64,000 nucleotides of DNA, taken from Patescibacteria group bacterium (GTDB lineage: Bacteria; Patescibacteriota; Minisyncoccia; Phycocordibacterales; CSBR16-119). The stretch is taken from contig JBPOJJ010000001.1 of assembly GCA_052033715.1 (NCBI GenBank), positions 1,331 to 65,330 on the forward strand, in the 5' to 3' direction. A model generated the notes under the pieces. That model was not told the origin of the DNA. It saw only the letters and a program-made list of their open reading frames with translations, and did no database searches. Every line of letters begins with the position of its first letter. The first letter of the stretch is position 1. The position numbers and the translations under genes are program-made. Below are positions 36,953-45,637 of the stretch, one piece after another.

Positions 36953-37879
36953 ATGACATACGATTTGATAATTATTGGTGGCGGACCTGCTGGCGCATCA
37001 GCTGCAGTGTATGCTGCACGCAAACAACTAAAGACTCTGATTATTGCCGAAGAATGGGGTGGACAATCAGTAGTATCTGAGAAAATTTATAACTGGATCG
37101 GCACACCGGAAATTTCTGGCGCAGACCTCGCCAAGAACTTGAAATCACACGTAGACTATTACGTCGGGGAATTTCTACAAACTTCTGGCGGTGAACGTGT
37201 CGAGAAAGTTGAGAAGACGGGAAATTTCTTCGCCGTGAAAACTTCTTCTGGCAATGCCTACGAAACTCGCGCCGTCCTCATCTCCTCTGGATCGGGCCGA
37301 AGAAAACTTGATTCTAAAATTCCTGGCGCTGATACACTCGAACACAAAGGTCTTACTTATTGCGCATCGTGTGACGGACCAATTTTTTCTGGCCAAGATG
37401 TGGCCGTACTAGGTGGCGGAAATGCGGCGCTTGAAACTGCTGCGCAACTTCTCGCTTATTGCAAAAGTGTCACGATCATTCAACGAAGCGGAACTTTCAA
37501 GGCCGATGAAATAACTGTTGAAAAAGTCTTAGCCAATCCAAAAGCCAAAGCCATCATGAATGCCGAAATCACCGCCATCCTTGGTGAGAAATTTGTCACC
37601 GGCTTGAAATACAAAGATGCCGCAGGTGAACATGAAATCCCGGTTACAGGAATTTTCGTCGAGATCGGCCAAATTCCAAATACAAACTTCGCTGAAGGAG
37701 TTGTTGAAATGGACGACTACAAACGCATCAAAACTGATCCACGAACCCAAATGACAAACGTTCCAGGTATCTGGGCTGCTGGAGATTGCGCTGACGTTCT
37801 CTATCACCAGAACAACATTGCCGCCGGCGACGCCGTGCGAGCCCTAGAAGACATCTACATGTGGCTACATAAAAACTAA
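36953..37879 (+). CDS. trxB: Thioredoxin-disulfide reductase
   Basis: 308 aa. FAD-binding motif IIGGGPAGASAA, redox-active CASCDG, and NADPH-binding GGGNAALE. Confidence 0.9.
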   Translation: MTYDLIIIGGGPAGASAAVYAARKQLKTLIIAEEWGGQSVVSEKIYNWIGTPEISGADLAKNLKSHVDYYVGEFLQTSGGERVEKVEKTGNFFAVKTSSGNAYETRAVLISSGSGRRKLDSKIPGADTLEHKGLTYCASCDGPIFSGQDVAVLGGGNAALETAAQLLAYCKSVTIIQRSGTFKADEITVEKVLANPKAKAIMNAEITAILGEKFVTGLKYKDAAGEHEIPVTGIFVEIGQIPNTNFAEGVVEMDDYKRIKTDPRTQMTNVPGIWAAGDCADVLYHQNNIAAGDAVRALEDIYMWLHKN

Positions 37880-38863
37880 ATGATGGAGATACGCAAATTT
37901 CAAGAACAATTTAATGTTTTTTTTCGCAGAAAAATAAAGACGCTAATTATCAGGGCTCAAAAAATCAGTCACGGAAAAGAATTTAACCAGATTATTGCTC
38001 ATATAGAAAACCTGGCCCAAAACGGCAAGCGTCTTAGACCGTATATTATAAATCTTGCTTACAACCCAAAAAAATTCAACAAAGAACTACTGGATCAAAT
38101 GGTCGGTATCGAATTACTACATATTTTTGCCTTGATTCATGACGACATAATGGATGGATCAAGTATACGTCATGGAGTTAGGACTATAAACACCATAGAC
38201 GAAAATTCTGAGCTTTCTAAAAGCTATGCCATGCTTGCCGGAGATATGGTTTTTAATTGGGCATATGAATCGTTCCTAGAAAACAACAACAATCGTACTT
38301 CTATTCAATTATTCAAAACCCTCGTAGAAGAAGTCATCATTGGGCAAGCAATCGACGCCACACTTCCACATAGAAAATTCGTCACGAAGGAAGAGCTCCA
38401 AGAAAAAAACATACTCAAAACAGCTCGATATACTTTCAGACGCCCGCTTGAAATCGGTCTTGCTCTTCGTACTCAGAAATTAGATAAAAATACGGGGAAA
38501 ATTTATAGCCAACTTGGTGAAAATCTTGGTATTGTTTTTCAAATTGACGACGACCTGCTCGATATTTTTGGAGATGAGAAAAAGCTAAACAAAAAAACTT
38601 TTCAAGACATTGAATCAAAACAAGCAACTCTAATTTCTTTTTATCTAAAAGATAACAAAGCCTTCAAGAGGTATTTCGGGAAAAAATTAAATGAGGAAGA
38701 AAAGGCGGGGCTTAGAGAGCTTGTCAAAAAATCAGGCACGCTAGAAAAAATAGAGTCCGAAAGAAAAGATCTTATAAACAAAACAGAAAAGTTAATATTA
38801 AAGCTCGAGGATAAAGAAGCCTGGCTAGAGTTTTCACATAAAATAACAAACAGAGATAAGTAA
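37880..38863 (+). CDS. Polyprenyl diphosphate synthase (GGPP/FPP synthase type)
   Basis: 327 aa. First Asp-rich motif is LIHDDIMDGS. Second is FQIDDDLLD. Confidence 0.8.
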   Translation: MMEIRKFQEQFNVFFRRKIKTLIIRAQKISHGKEFNQIIAHIENLAQNGKRLRPYIINLAYNPKKFNKELLDQMVGIELLHIFALIHDDIMDGSSIRHGVRTINTIDENSELSKSYAMLAGDMVFNWAYESFLENNNNRTSIQLFKTLVEEVIIGQAIDATLPHRKFVTKEELQEKNILKTARYTFRRPLEIGLALRTQKLDKNTGKIYSQLGENLGIVFQIDDDLLDIFGDEKKLNKKTFQDIESKQATLISFYLKDNKAFKRYFGKKLNEEEKAGLRELVKKSGTLEKIESERKDLINKTEKLILKLEDKEAWLEFSHKITNRDK

Positions 38864-38864
38864 A

Positions 38865-39707
38865 ATGAACGACTGGCAGTATTGTAAAAAAGTAATGAAG
38901 AAACATGGTGGCAAGTATTATATTGCTACGCGTTTTTTCCCTAGAAAAGCGCGATTTGCTACATATGCCTTGTATGCCTGGGTCAGAAAATTAGACGATA
39001 TTGTCGACGAAACTAAAAACGAAACAAAGGCGAGAGAAGATTTCGAATCTTGGGTTAGCGACTGGAGAAAAGTAGAAGGAGGAGAATTTTCAGAAAGGCC
39101 AGAGATGCGAACCTTCATAAAAGTTGTAAAAAAATTTAATCTTAAGCAGAAGTACTTAGAAAGCTTTATAGATTCAATGCGGATGGATCTAGAAAAGAAA
39201 AAGTATGCAAATATAGAAGAGCTCGAAAATTATATGTACGGCTCGGCAACTGTTATAGGCTTGCTGATGATGCAAATCGTGGGAGACTTTAGAGAAGAAG
39301 CGGTTCCCCACGCCAAGGCAATGGCGGAAGCGATGCAGCTCACAAACTTTCTCCGCGATATAAAAGACGACTGTGATAAACGCGGTAGAATATACATGCC
39401 CCGTGAAGAACTTGGGGCGCACGACCTCAACACAGATGACGTAAAAAACCGTAGACTAAATATCTCTTTTATAAAATTCAAAATAGATCAGGCTCGAACA
39501 CTTTTCAAAGAAGCTGAAAAAGGAATTTATCTGCTTCCCAAAAAGGCTCAGTTCCCCGTCTTACTTTCAAGCAGGCTTTATAGTGAAATACTAAATGAAA
39601 TAAAGAAACAAGATTGTGACGTTTTCCGCAAAAGAGCAAAAACAAATGTTTGGCAAAAGATTTTTATTACTTTTAAAACATATTTATGGTACCGAAAAAA
39701 CATGTAG
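38865..39707 (+). CDS. Phytoene/squalene synthase family enzyme (CrtB/CrtM-like)
   Basis: 280 aa. YCKKVMKKHGGKYYIATRFFP and YAWVRKLDDIVDE match the SQS_PSY Asp-rich regions. A second Asp-rich region reads RDIKDDCDKRGRIYMP. Confidence 0.75.
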   Translation: MNDWQYCKKVMKKHGGKYYIATRFFPRKARFATYALYAWVRKLDDIVDETKNETKAREDFESWVSDWRKVEGGEFSERPEMRTFIKVVKKFNLKQKYLESFIDSMRMDLEKKKYANIEELENYMYGSATVIGLLMMQIVGDFREEAVPHAKAMAEAMQLTNFLRDIKDDCDKRGRIYMPREELGAHDLNTDDVKNRRLNISFIKFKIDQARTLFKEAEKGIYLLPKKAQFPVLLSSRLYSEILNEIKKQDCDVFRKRAKTNVWQKIFITFKTYLWYRKNM

Positions 39708-41200
39708 TCATAATCGGTGGTGGAATCGGCGGACTTGGACTTGCGTGTCTGCTGGGCAAAAAGGGTTATGAGGTAAGTCTGTATGAGAAAAATTCAAAAG
39801 TCGGCGGACGAGCAAGCGTTTTTGAAAAAGACGGCTTTGTTTTCGACATGGGACCATCATGGTACTTGATGCCGGACGTATTTGAAGACTTCTTTAACCT
39901 TTTGGGTGAAGATATTCATCAGCACCTAAAACTTACCAAACTTTCACCTTCTTACAGGGTTTTCTTCCCTGACGATGAGAAATTTCCTGTTCTTGATATG
40001 TATTCAGATCTTTCGAAAGACCTTGAAACTTTTGAAAAACTAGAAGCTGGATCTGGAGAAAAAATCAAGAAATACCTAAAGATTTCTGGCGAGCAATACG
40101 AGCTGGCTAAAAACAAGTTTATGTACAGAAATTACAATTCTATTTTCGATTTCCTGCAAAAAGATTTCATGAAAGAGGGCCTGCGGATGAATCCTTTTCA
40201 AACCATGGAAAGCTATTTGAATAAGTGGTTCAAAGACGACAGACTTAAAAAGATTTTGGAGTACACGCTTGTTTTTCTGGGGTCGGCTCCAGACAAGACA
40301 CCAGCGCTATACAACATGATGAATTTCATCGACTTTGATATGGGTGTGTATTATCCAGACGGCGGGATCTACAAAGTCATTGAAGCTCTAGAAAATATCG
40401 CGAAAAAGCATGGTGTCAGAATCTACACCGACTCCCCTGTCTCTGAAATAATAGTAGAAGAAGAGACTGCCGTTGGAGTCAAACTTTCAAATGGTGAGGT
40501 TATAAAATCAGATCATGTGGTTTCAAATGCCGATATGAACTTCACAGAGATGAATTTAATAAAAGAAGACAGCCTACGAACGTATAAGAAAAAATATTGG
40601 GACAAAGCAGTAATGGGACCTTCAGCATTTATTCTATTCCTTGGACTTTCTCGAAAGATAGACACTCTGACCCACCACAACCTTCGCTTCTCCAAAGACT
40701 GGAAGAAGAATTTCCAAGAAGTCTTCGACAACCCCAAATTCCCTGATGATCCTTCATACTACGTTTCTTGTCCATCAAAAACAGACTCGACTGTAGCGCC
40801 CGCAGGTAAAGAAACTTTGTTCGTGCTCGTACCTGTTGCGTCACATCTTTCTTTTACCGAAGCCCAGAAAAAAGAATATCGCGACAAAATCATAAACATG
40901 ATGAAAAAAGATTTAGATATTCCTGACTTAGAAGAAATTATCGAACACGAATCGATGTATACTCACGAAGAGTTCAAAACCGACTACAACGCATTCGGCG
41001 GGACAGCTCTCGGGCTTGCTCACACCCTGAAACAAACATTAATGCGACCAAACAACAAGAGCAAGAAAATTAAGAATTTCCTTTACGTCGGCGCCGGAAC
41101 AAACCCGGGTATCGGTATGCCAATATGTCTCATCTCGTCAGAATTGGCCTATAAACGCATTGAGGGGATAAAGCACCCAAATCCACTAAAAAATCTCTAA
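39686..41200 (+). CDS. Phytoene desaturase-family FAD oxidoreductase (CrtI/CrtN-like)
   Basis: 504 aa. N-terminal dinucleotide fold VVIIGGGIGGLGLA. C-terminal GAGTNPGIGMPICLIS matches the CrtI signature. Overlaps the preceding gene by 22 nt. Confidence 0.75.
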   Translation: MVPKKHVVIIGGGIGGLGLACLLGKKGYEVSLYEKNSKVGGRASVFEKDGFVFDMGPSWYLMPDVFEDFFNLLGEDIHQHLKLTKLSPSYRVFFPDDEKFPVLDMYSDLSKDLETFEKLEAGSGEKIKKYLKISGEQYELAKNKFMYRNYNSIFDFLQKDFMKEGLRMNPFQTMESYLNKWFKDDRLKKILEYTLVFLGSAPDKTPALYNMMNFIDFDMGVYYPDGGIYKVIEALENIAKKHGVRIYTDSPVSEIIVEEETAVGVKLSNGEVIKSDHVVSNADMNFTEMNLIKEDSLRTYKKKYWDKAVMGPSAFILFLGLSRKIDTLTHHNLRFSKDWKKNFQEVFDNPKFPDDPSYYVSCPSKTDSTVAPAGKETLFVLVPVASHLSFTEAQKKEYRDKIINMMKKDLDIPDLEEIIEHESMYTHEEFKTDYNAFGGTALGLAHTLKQTLMRPNNKSKKIKNFLYVGAGTNPGIGMPICLISSELAYKRIEGIKHPNPLKNL

Positions 41201-42042
41201 CCAAACTTCGTTACCATATAAATAATTGACCAGATCATCGGCGTTACGAAATTCACCCATGGGAAATATGTATAGATTTTGAAAAGTTTATTGTCGTCCT
41301 GCGTCCGCAAAGAAATAACCATCAAGAATACGTAGACCAAAACGGCAATAAACGGAAATTTTCCAATAAGCGTTGAAAAAAGAATTGCTGAAGCCACATA
41401 GAAAACCAGACACAAAACTATGGTTTTATTTCGTCCCAGCCACGTCGCGATTGTTCGAAACCCAGCATCCGTATCTGCTTTTATATCCGGCACAGCCGAG
41501 TACGCGTGCATCGCCATCGCCCAGAGCATTCCAGCGATAAATCCAACCAGCGGGAAGCCTTCCCCGCCCGCCAGAAAATATCCGAAAACTCCAGTGAATA
41601 TATAATGCCCAGCAGAAAAAAGAGAATCAAAAAACGGACGGATTTTTGCTCTGATAGGTGTCGCAGAATAAAAGCTCGCGAAGAAATAAAAGACGAGAAG
41701 ATAAATACCGGTCCTGTGGTTTATCATAAAAGCGTAAATTAAAAATGGAATATTCGTCGAGAGAATCCAAACCCAAACAGCTTTATGCTTTTCTGGTACA
41801 AGTAAAGCTTCATATTCTACTTTTTTAGGATTGAGCTTATCTGTCTCGTAGTCAAAAATATCGTTAATACCGTAAATCAAAATATTCGCCGGAATCAAAA
41901 AGAAAAATCCGAAAATCAAAATCTCTGGCAAAAGCAGATTCTTCAGTGAATTCGTAGCGACAAGGACTCCAATAAAGTACGTCCCCATTTCATAGAGCCA
42001 AAAACGAGGTCGAGATATACGCATAATTTCTTTTAAACTCAT
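41197..42042 (-). CDS. UbiA-family aromatic/isoprenoid prenyltransferase (possible carotenoid elongase or quinone prenyltransferase)
   Basis: Start taken at ATG 42042 (MSLKEIMRISRPRFW). Asp-rich motif NDIFDYETDKLNPKK. Multi-TM protein. Convergent with the crtI-like gene. Confidence 0.7.
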   Translation of the reverse strand: MSLKEIMRISRPRFWLYEMGTYFIGVLVATNSLKNLLLPEILIFGFFFLIPANILIYGINDIFDYETDKLNPKKVEYEALLVPEKHKAVWVWILSTNIPFLIYAFMINHRTGIYLLVFYFFASFYSATPIRAKIRPFFDSLFSAGHYIFTGVFGYFLAGGEGFPLVGFIAGMLWAMAMHAYSAVPDIKADTDAGFRTIATWLGRNKTIVLCLVFYVASAILFSTLIGKFPFIAVLVYVFLMVISLRTQDDNKLFKIYTYFPWVNFVTPMIWSIIYMVTKFG

Positions 42043-42147
42043 TGGGTGATTATAGCAAAATAGAAGTAGAAACAATTTACATTAAACAAAAAGGCCCCGT
42101 GGTGGTCGGGGTCTTCTCTGTAATCCGAATTAATCGGAAGGGGTGCA

Positions 42148-42450
42148 TCAAGCAAGCCAAGGCTTGCCTCGCAAAAGAAAGTAAATGGTACGAAGCTTAT
42201 TGGCTTCGTCGTTCAATCGTCCATAGGTGGTCTCAATCACATATCCAGCGGGAATAGTCCCGCTCAGTGCAATTTTGATCAACAATGGATGAGTCGAGTC
42301 GCTCGAGCACACACTGCTCAAGACTTTGACCTTTGACTGAACCATTTCCTTCTTCCTAGCGCCCCAGGCTTCTCGCCTGGTGCGTTTGTACTGCCCCCAA
42401 ACCTGCATTCGCAGATACAGGGAGCAAAGGTATGTTAGAAGGTGCTTCAT
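42148..42450 (-). CDS. Hypothetical basic protein (GC-elevated region); the coding call is uncertain and could instead be a structured RNA
   Basis: 100-aa ORF in a region of ~50% GC with many hairpins. Followed on the minus strand by the terminator CCCCGACCACCACGGGGcctttttgttt (~42095..42125). Confidence 0.3.
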   Translation of the reverse strand: MKHLLTYLCSLYLRMQVWGQYKRTRREAWGARKKEMVQSKVKVLSSVCSSDSTHPLLIKIALSGTIPAGYVIETTYGRLNDEANKLRTIYFLLRGKPWLA

Positions 42451-42573
42451 GACTGAATGTTTACTAATTCAACACTAGGACAAAATACACCGAAAGTCAA
42501 CACACCCACCAGCATTCATTGACTAAATATCTAAAATCGATAAACTTTATGTAAACCACCAAACCCTGGAACC

Positions 42574-43191
42574 ATGAACCTTGTGGAAACCGCAGATCTT
42601 TGGATCCTGATAAGGATACAAAGGTTCTCCGATTGGATCTACGATCTGATCAGCCTCGACAACTTCACTACCGCCAAAACATTATTGGTCGGCAGTGGTA
42701 TACTGCTATGCATCAGTAACCATCTCTTCTTTGGATCAACCAGTCTTTTGTTTATATTGAACAACCTGATCCTCCCCATCTACATATGCTCACGTTGGTG
42801 GATGACCTACAACCTGATAGAAATCAATACGGCTATACAATCACTAGATCCATACAGAAAATTGAGAAAAATCTGTCTGGTTTTGGTGGCAATTTCTGTT
42901 GTACTATTTCCAGGAAGCATCATTTCTTGGGCGCTGACCTGTTTCCTTGCGAGCCTATACTTCGCTTCGTGCAAAAAGCCTCCGAAGAAGAAGTCGAAGG
43001 CCAAGGAAGCTCTGGAGAAAGCCAAAGAAAGAGTGCAAGCACTTTTGCAACCCGCGCCACAGTTCACGATGAACGCACGAAGCCCCCGATGTTCGGGGGC
43101 TTCCGTTTTTCTAATATTTATTTTATCTATTCAATCTCTCCCCCGAAAGCCGTTTTCAATTCTTCGAATGCAGCTCTCATTGTTGTTTTGA
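42574..43191 (+). CDS. Hypothetical integral membrane protein; the 3' end probably mis-called (an intrinsic terminator lies inside the last ~100 nt)
   Basis: 205-aa ORF with 4-5 TM helices and a lysine-rich segment KKPPKKKSKAKEALEKAKER. The terminator at 43079..43110 is inside the ORF, and the ORF overlaps the convergent gene 43127..43858 by 65 nt. Confidence 0.45.
   Translation: MNLVETADLWILIRIQRFSDWIYDLISLDNFTTAKTLLVGSGILLCISNHLFFGSTSLLFILNNLILPIYICSRWWMTYNLIEINTAIQSLDPYRKLRKICLVLVAISVVLFPGSIISWALTCFLASLYFASCKKPPKKKSKAKEALEKAKERVQALLQPAPQFTMNARSPRCSGASVFLIFILSIQSLPRKPFSILRMQLSLLF
43079..43110 (+). terminator. Rho-independent terminator
   Basis: GAAGCCCCCgatgttcGGGGGCTTCcgtttttct. Confidence 0.5.
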
Positions 43192-43858
43192 ATGAATTGA
43201 CCGCAGCGTCAACGGCGACTTTGCGAGCATTGGCCAGAGCTTGAATTTCGGTCTTGATCATTTCTGGTTTCGTCGTCTTGAAATTATCTCGAGCAGCTTT
43301 TACAGAAGCCAGAAATTCCGGCTTTGGATCTTTATCAACCGCACAGTCAGCTTTAGCTTTCTCGATTGCGTCTTCCATAGCAGTACGGAAGGCAGCGATG
43401 TTTGTATCAAGTGTTCCAAATCTTCCGTTTACGAGATTATCAACACCCTCGCGGAAAGTTTTAACCGCAGCGTCAATCGCTTCTCGGCGAACCTTCACGG
43501 CGTTGTTCAAAGTTGTTTCAAATTTGGTTACAGCAGCACGCTCAGCATCGGTATCAGCCTTGGCCATCAAAGCCTCGATTCGAGTATCGTGCTTTACATC
43601 GCGAGTTTGTCGATGATCTACACGAACTTCGTCTCGATGAATTCTTCGATCAGAAATTTTTCCAAATCGGACATCTTTTTTACCATCCCATCGGCCGTCT
43701 TTGTCGTTCATGTCAGAAGTTATTCGGGTGGCGATAGCGTCAATGTTCTGACAGAAGTCTACTCCACGAGAAAGTCTATCTTTTGGAGCAGCTAGAGCTG
43801 AAAGCGGCGAAACAAGGACCACAAGTCCGAGAGTAATTATTGTCTTAGATATTTTCAT
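43127..43858 (-). CDS. Secreted alpha-helical repeat protein (signal peptide), last gene of the ECF sigma operon
   Basis: 243 aa. N-terminus MKISKTIITLGLVVLVSPLSALAAP is a signal peptide. Repetitive AxxAVxxF helical segments. Confidence 0.6.
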   Translation of the reverse strand: MKISKTIITLGLVVLVSPLSALAAPKDRLSRGVDFCQNIDAIATRITSDMNDKDGRWDGKKDVRFGKISDRRIHRDEVRVDHRQTRDVKHDTRIEALMAKADTDAERAAVTKFETTLNNAVKVRREAIDAAVKTFREGVDNLVNGRFGTLDTNIAAFRTAMEDAIEKAKADCAVDKDPKPEFLASVKAARDNFKTTKPEMIKTEIQALANARKVAVDAAVNSFKTTMRAAFEELKTAFGGEIE

Positions 43859-44315
43859 AGTTTGTTTGATTAAAGCTTATAAAGGCGTCGATTTGCGAAT
43901 TCATATAAGTTTCGTCTTCGGATTCAGAACTCGCAACCACGGCATCGGCCTCGGCATCAGCGAAGAAACTTGCCAGGATCTCATCGCCGGAACTATCTTT
44001 GTTTACCACAATTTCCGGAGAATTCTGGATCTTCGATTCTGTCGCACTTTTTGCTGAAGTGTCATCATTTATGACTAACGTTTCGGTCTTTGGCTTGCCC
44101 ACCGCAACAATCGCGACAATGGCGATCAAAGCGATCGGCACGCCTATTTTTAAAAATTTACTCATGCTGAAAGTTGTTAATTGATAATTCAACTTCTCCC
44201 CACTATTACGATTTGGAAGTTTGTTTGTGACATTTTCAAATACGGATCTAGAAGGCCGAACGGATTCGATCCGGCTTTTCAAAAACGCTTCGATTTTTTT
44301 ATCATCATCAACCAT
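43845..44315 (-). CDS. Putative single-pass anti-sigma factor
   Basis: 156 aa. Has a ~60-aa cytoplasmic N-domain, one TM (IGVPIALIAIVAIVAVG) and a short acidic extracytoplasmic tail. Overlaps the sigma gene stop by 8 nt. Confidence 0.45.
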   Translation of the reverse strand: MVDDDKKIEAFLKSRIESVRPSRSVFENVTNKLPNRNSGEKLNYQLTTFSMSKFLKIGVPIALIAIVAIVAVGKPKTETLVINDDTSAKSATESKIQNSPEIVVNKDSSGDEILASFFADAEADAVVASSESEDETYMNSQIDAFISFNQTNYENI

Positions 44316-44826
44316 ATATATTTTTGTTTTCTAAATAAGCTTTCAACTTCTTGAGCGCTCGGGAATATATCTGTCTGGTATTGTCAGGGCTTTCGCCTAC
44401 TAGCTCGGCAATGTCTTTATAATCAAGTTCCGTGGCGATCCGAAGCATGACGATGTCTTGTTCTGTATCCGAAAGTGTCGCTAGAGCTTCCTCTACCACG
44501 AGCACGTCTTCGCTCGTTCGGAATTCTTCGAGAGGCGTGGGAATCTCTGACACCGCTTCGACACCAGATTCTTCGAGACTTATTTCTACACGTCTACCAT
44601 TCACCCGCCAGTGATCTATGAGCGTATTTCGGGCGATAGTAAAAAGTGACCTCGTGTTGTGCTCCATCTGCCGTTTACGGTAATCACTTTGGAGAAATTT
44701 CAGGAATACCGTTTGGACCAAATCGGTCGCTAGGTTATAGTCTCGAGTCCGGAACATGAAATATCGAAAAAGCGGAGTAAAAAGCTCGCGATACAGCTCG
44801 TCATGACTTTCGGAGGCAGAATTCAT
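44308..44826 (-). CDS. ECF-type RNA polymerase sigma factor (sigma-70 regions 2 and 4)
   Basis: 172 aa. Region 2 is LYRELFTPLFRYFMFRTRDYNLATDLVQTVFLKF. Region 4 is LSDTEQDIVMLRIATELDYKDIAELVGESPDNTRQIYSRALKKLK. Confidence 0.75.
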   Translation of the reverse strand: MNSASESHDELYRELFTPLFRYFMFRTRDYNLATDLVQTVFLKFLQSDYRKRQMEHNTRSLFTIARNTLIDHWRVNGRRVEISLEESGVEAVSEIPTPLEEFRTSEDVLVVEEALATLSDTEQDIVMLRIATELDYKDIAELVGESPDNTRQIYSRALKKLKAYLENKNIYG

Positions 44827-44902
44827 ACCCTCGCATTATATAACGAAAAGGAGAGGTCCGTGTGACAACCTAACTTTAGCAGTTTTATGGTATAAAGTTT
44901 CT

Positions 44903-45436
44903 ATGCTTATAATAACTTTATACCTAGCTCCACCTATAATGGTGTTGCTTTACAAGATTCTAGAATATTGTGGTTTCTGGAATCATATTTCAGGCAGAGA
45001 CAATGCAATAAATACACTAAATAGATTGAAGACAGCGACTGGGTTTCCGGATTCTTTTATTTACAATAACGAAAAAGATCGTAAAGAATTTGATGCCTTG
45101 TTTACTAGGATAAAAAAGAAAACAAAAATCAAAAAAATCATCAAAGTTTTGGGTGCCGGAAACGAACCAAGTCTATTAACAACGGGAGGTAACCCTACTA
45201 GCTTGGGTCCTTTACCAGATGGGTGGAAGCAAGAAGAGCGCTTTTATTACTCTCAGAACCATCCAATCCTAATGGTTTTTGAGAAAGAGGGAAAAGGAGA
45301 TAAATGTTGCACTCTTGGCGAATTAGAAAAATGGATTGATGACGAAAGAAAAAATTGGGATTTTATACTGGGAACAATAATAGTAACTATATTTACGATT
45401 GCATCGATTCTTTTAAGAATAGAATTGATTAATTAA
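44903..45436 (+). CDS. Hypothetical membrane protein (N- and C-terminal TM helices)
   Basis: 177 aa with no known motif. Confidence 0.45.
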   Translation: MLIITLYLAPPIMVLLYKILEYCGFWNHISGRDNAINTLNRLKTATGFPDSFIYNNEKDRKEFDALFTRIKKKTKIKKIIKVLGAGNEPSLLTTGGNPTSLGPLPDGWKQEERFYYSQNHPILMVFEKEGKGDKCCTLGELEKWIDDERKNWDFILGTIIVTIFTIASILLRIELIN

Positions 45437-45448
45437 TTAATTGATCTG

Positions 45449-45520
45449 TGACCTCACGGAGAATCGAACTCCGATTAACGGATTGAAAACCCGCTGTCCT
45501 AACCGTTAGACGATGAGGCC
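45449..45520 (-). tRNA. tRNA-Glu (anticodon UUC)
   Basis: Minus-strand read: GGCCTCA TC GTCT AACGGTTA GGAC A GCGGG TTTTCAA TCCGT TAAT CGGAG TTCGATT CTCCG TGAGGTC A. Cloverleaf pairs with 7/5/4/5-bp stems, T-loop TTCGATT, and a Glu-type D-arm. 72 nt, CCA not encoded. Confidence 0.85.
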
Positions 45521-45583
45521 CTTCGACATGACTTAAGGCAAGCCAAAATCGGGATTAGTATAACATTTTTATCTATTTTGGCA

Positions 45584-45620
45584 ATAAAAGAGCCCGCCCC
45601 GATTTCTTCGGGGCGGGTTG
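45584..45620 (-). terminator. Rho-independent terminator of the GC-rich gene at 45638..46147
   Basis: Plus-strand aaaagAGCCCGCCCCGatttcttCGGGGCGGGTt. On the minus strand the hairpin is followed by a T-run. Confidence 0.5.
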
Positions 45621-45637
45621 TGGTGATGGGAGCCGGC

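Noticed and set aside
42148-42450. Possibility that this interval is tmRNA or RNase P RNA
   Set aside because: No tRNA-like 3' domain (GGTTCGAnTCC...CCA), no GGGG 5' end and no RNase P CR-I (GGAAAGUCC) or CR-IV (ACAGAA) motifs could be found by eye on either strand. Kept only as an unclassified candidate.
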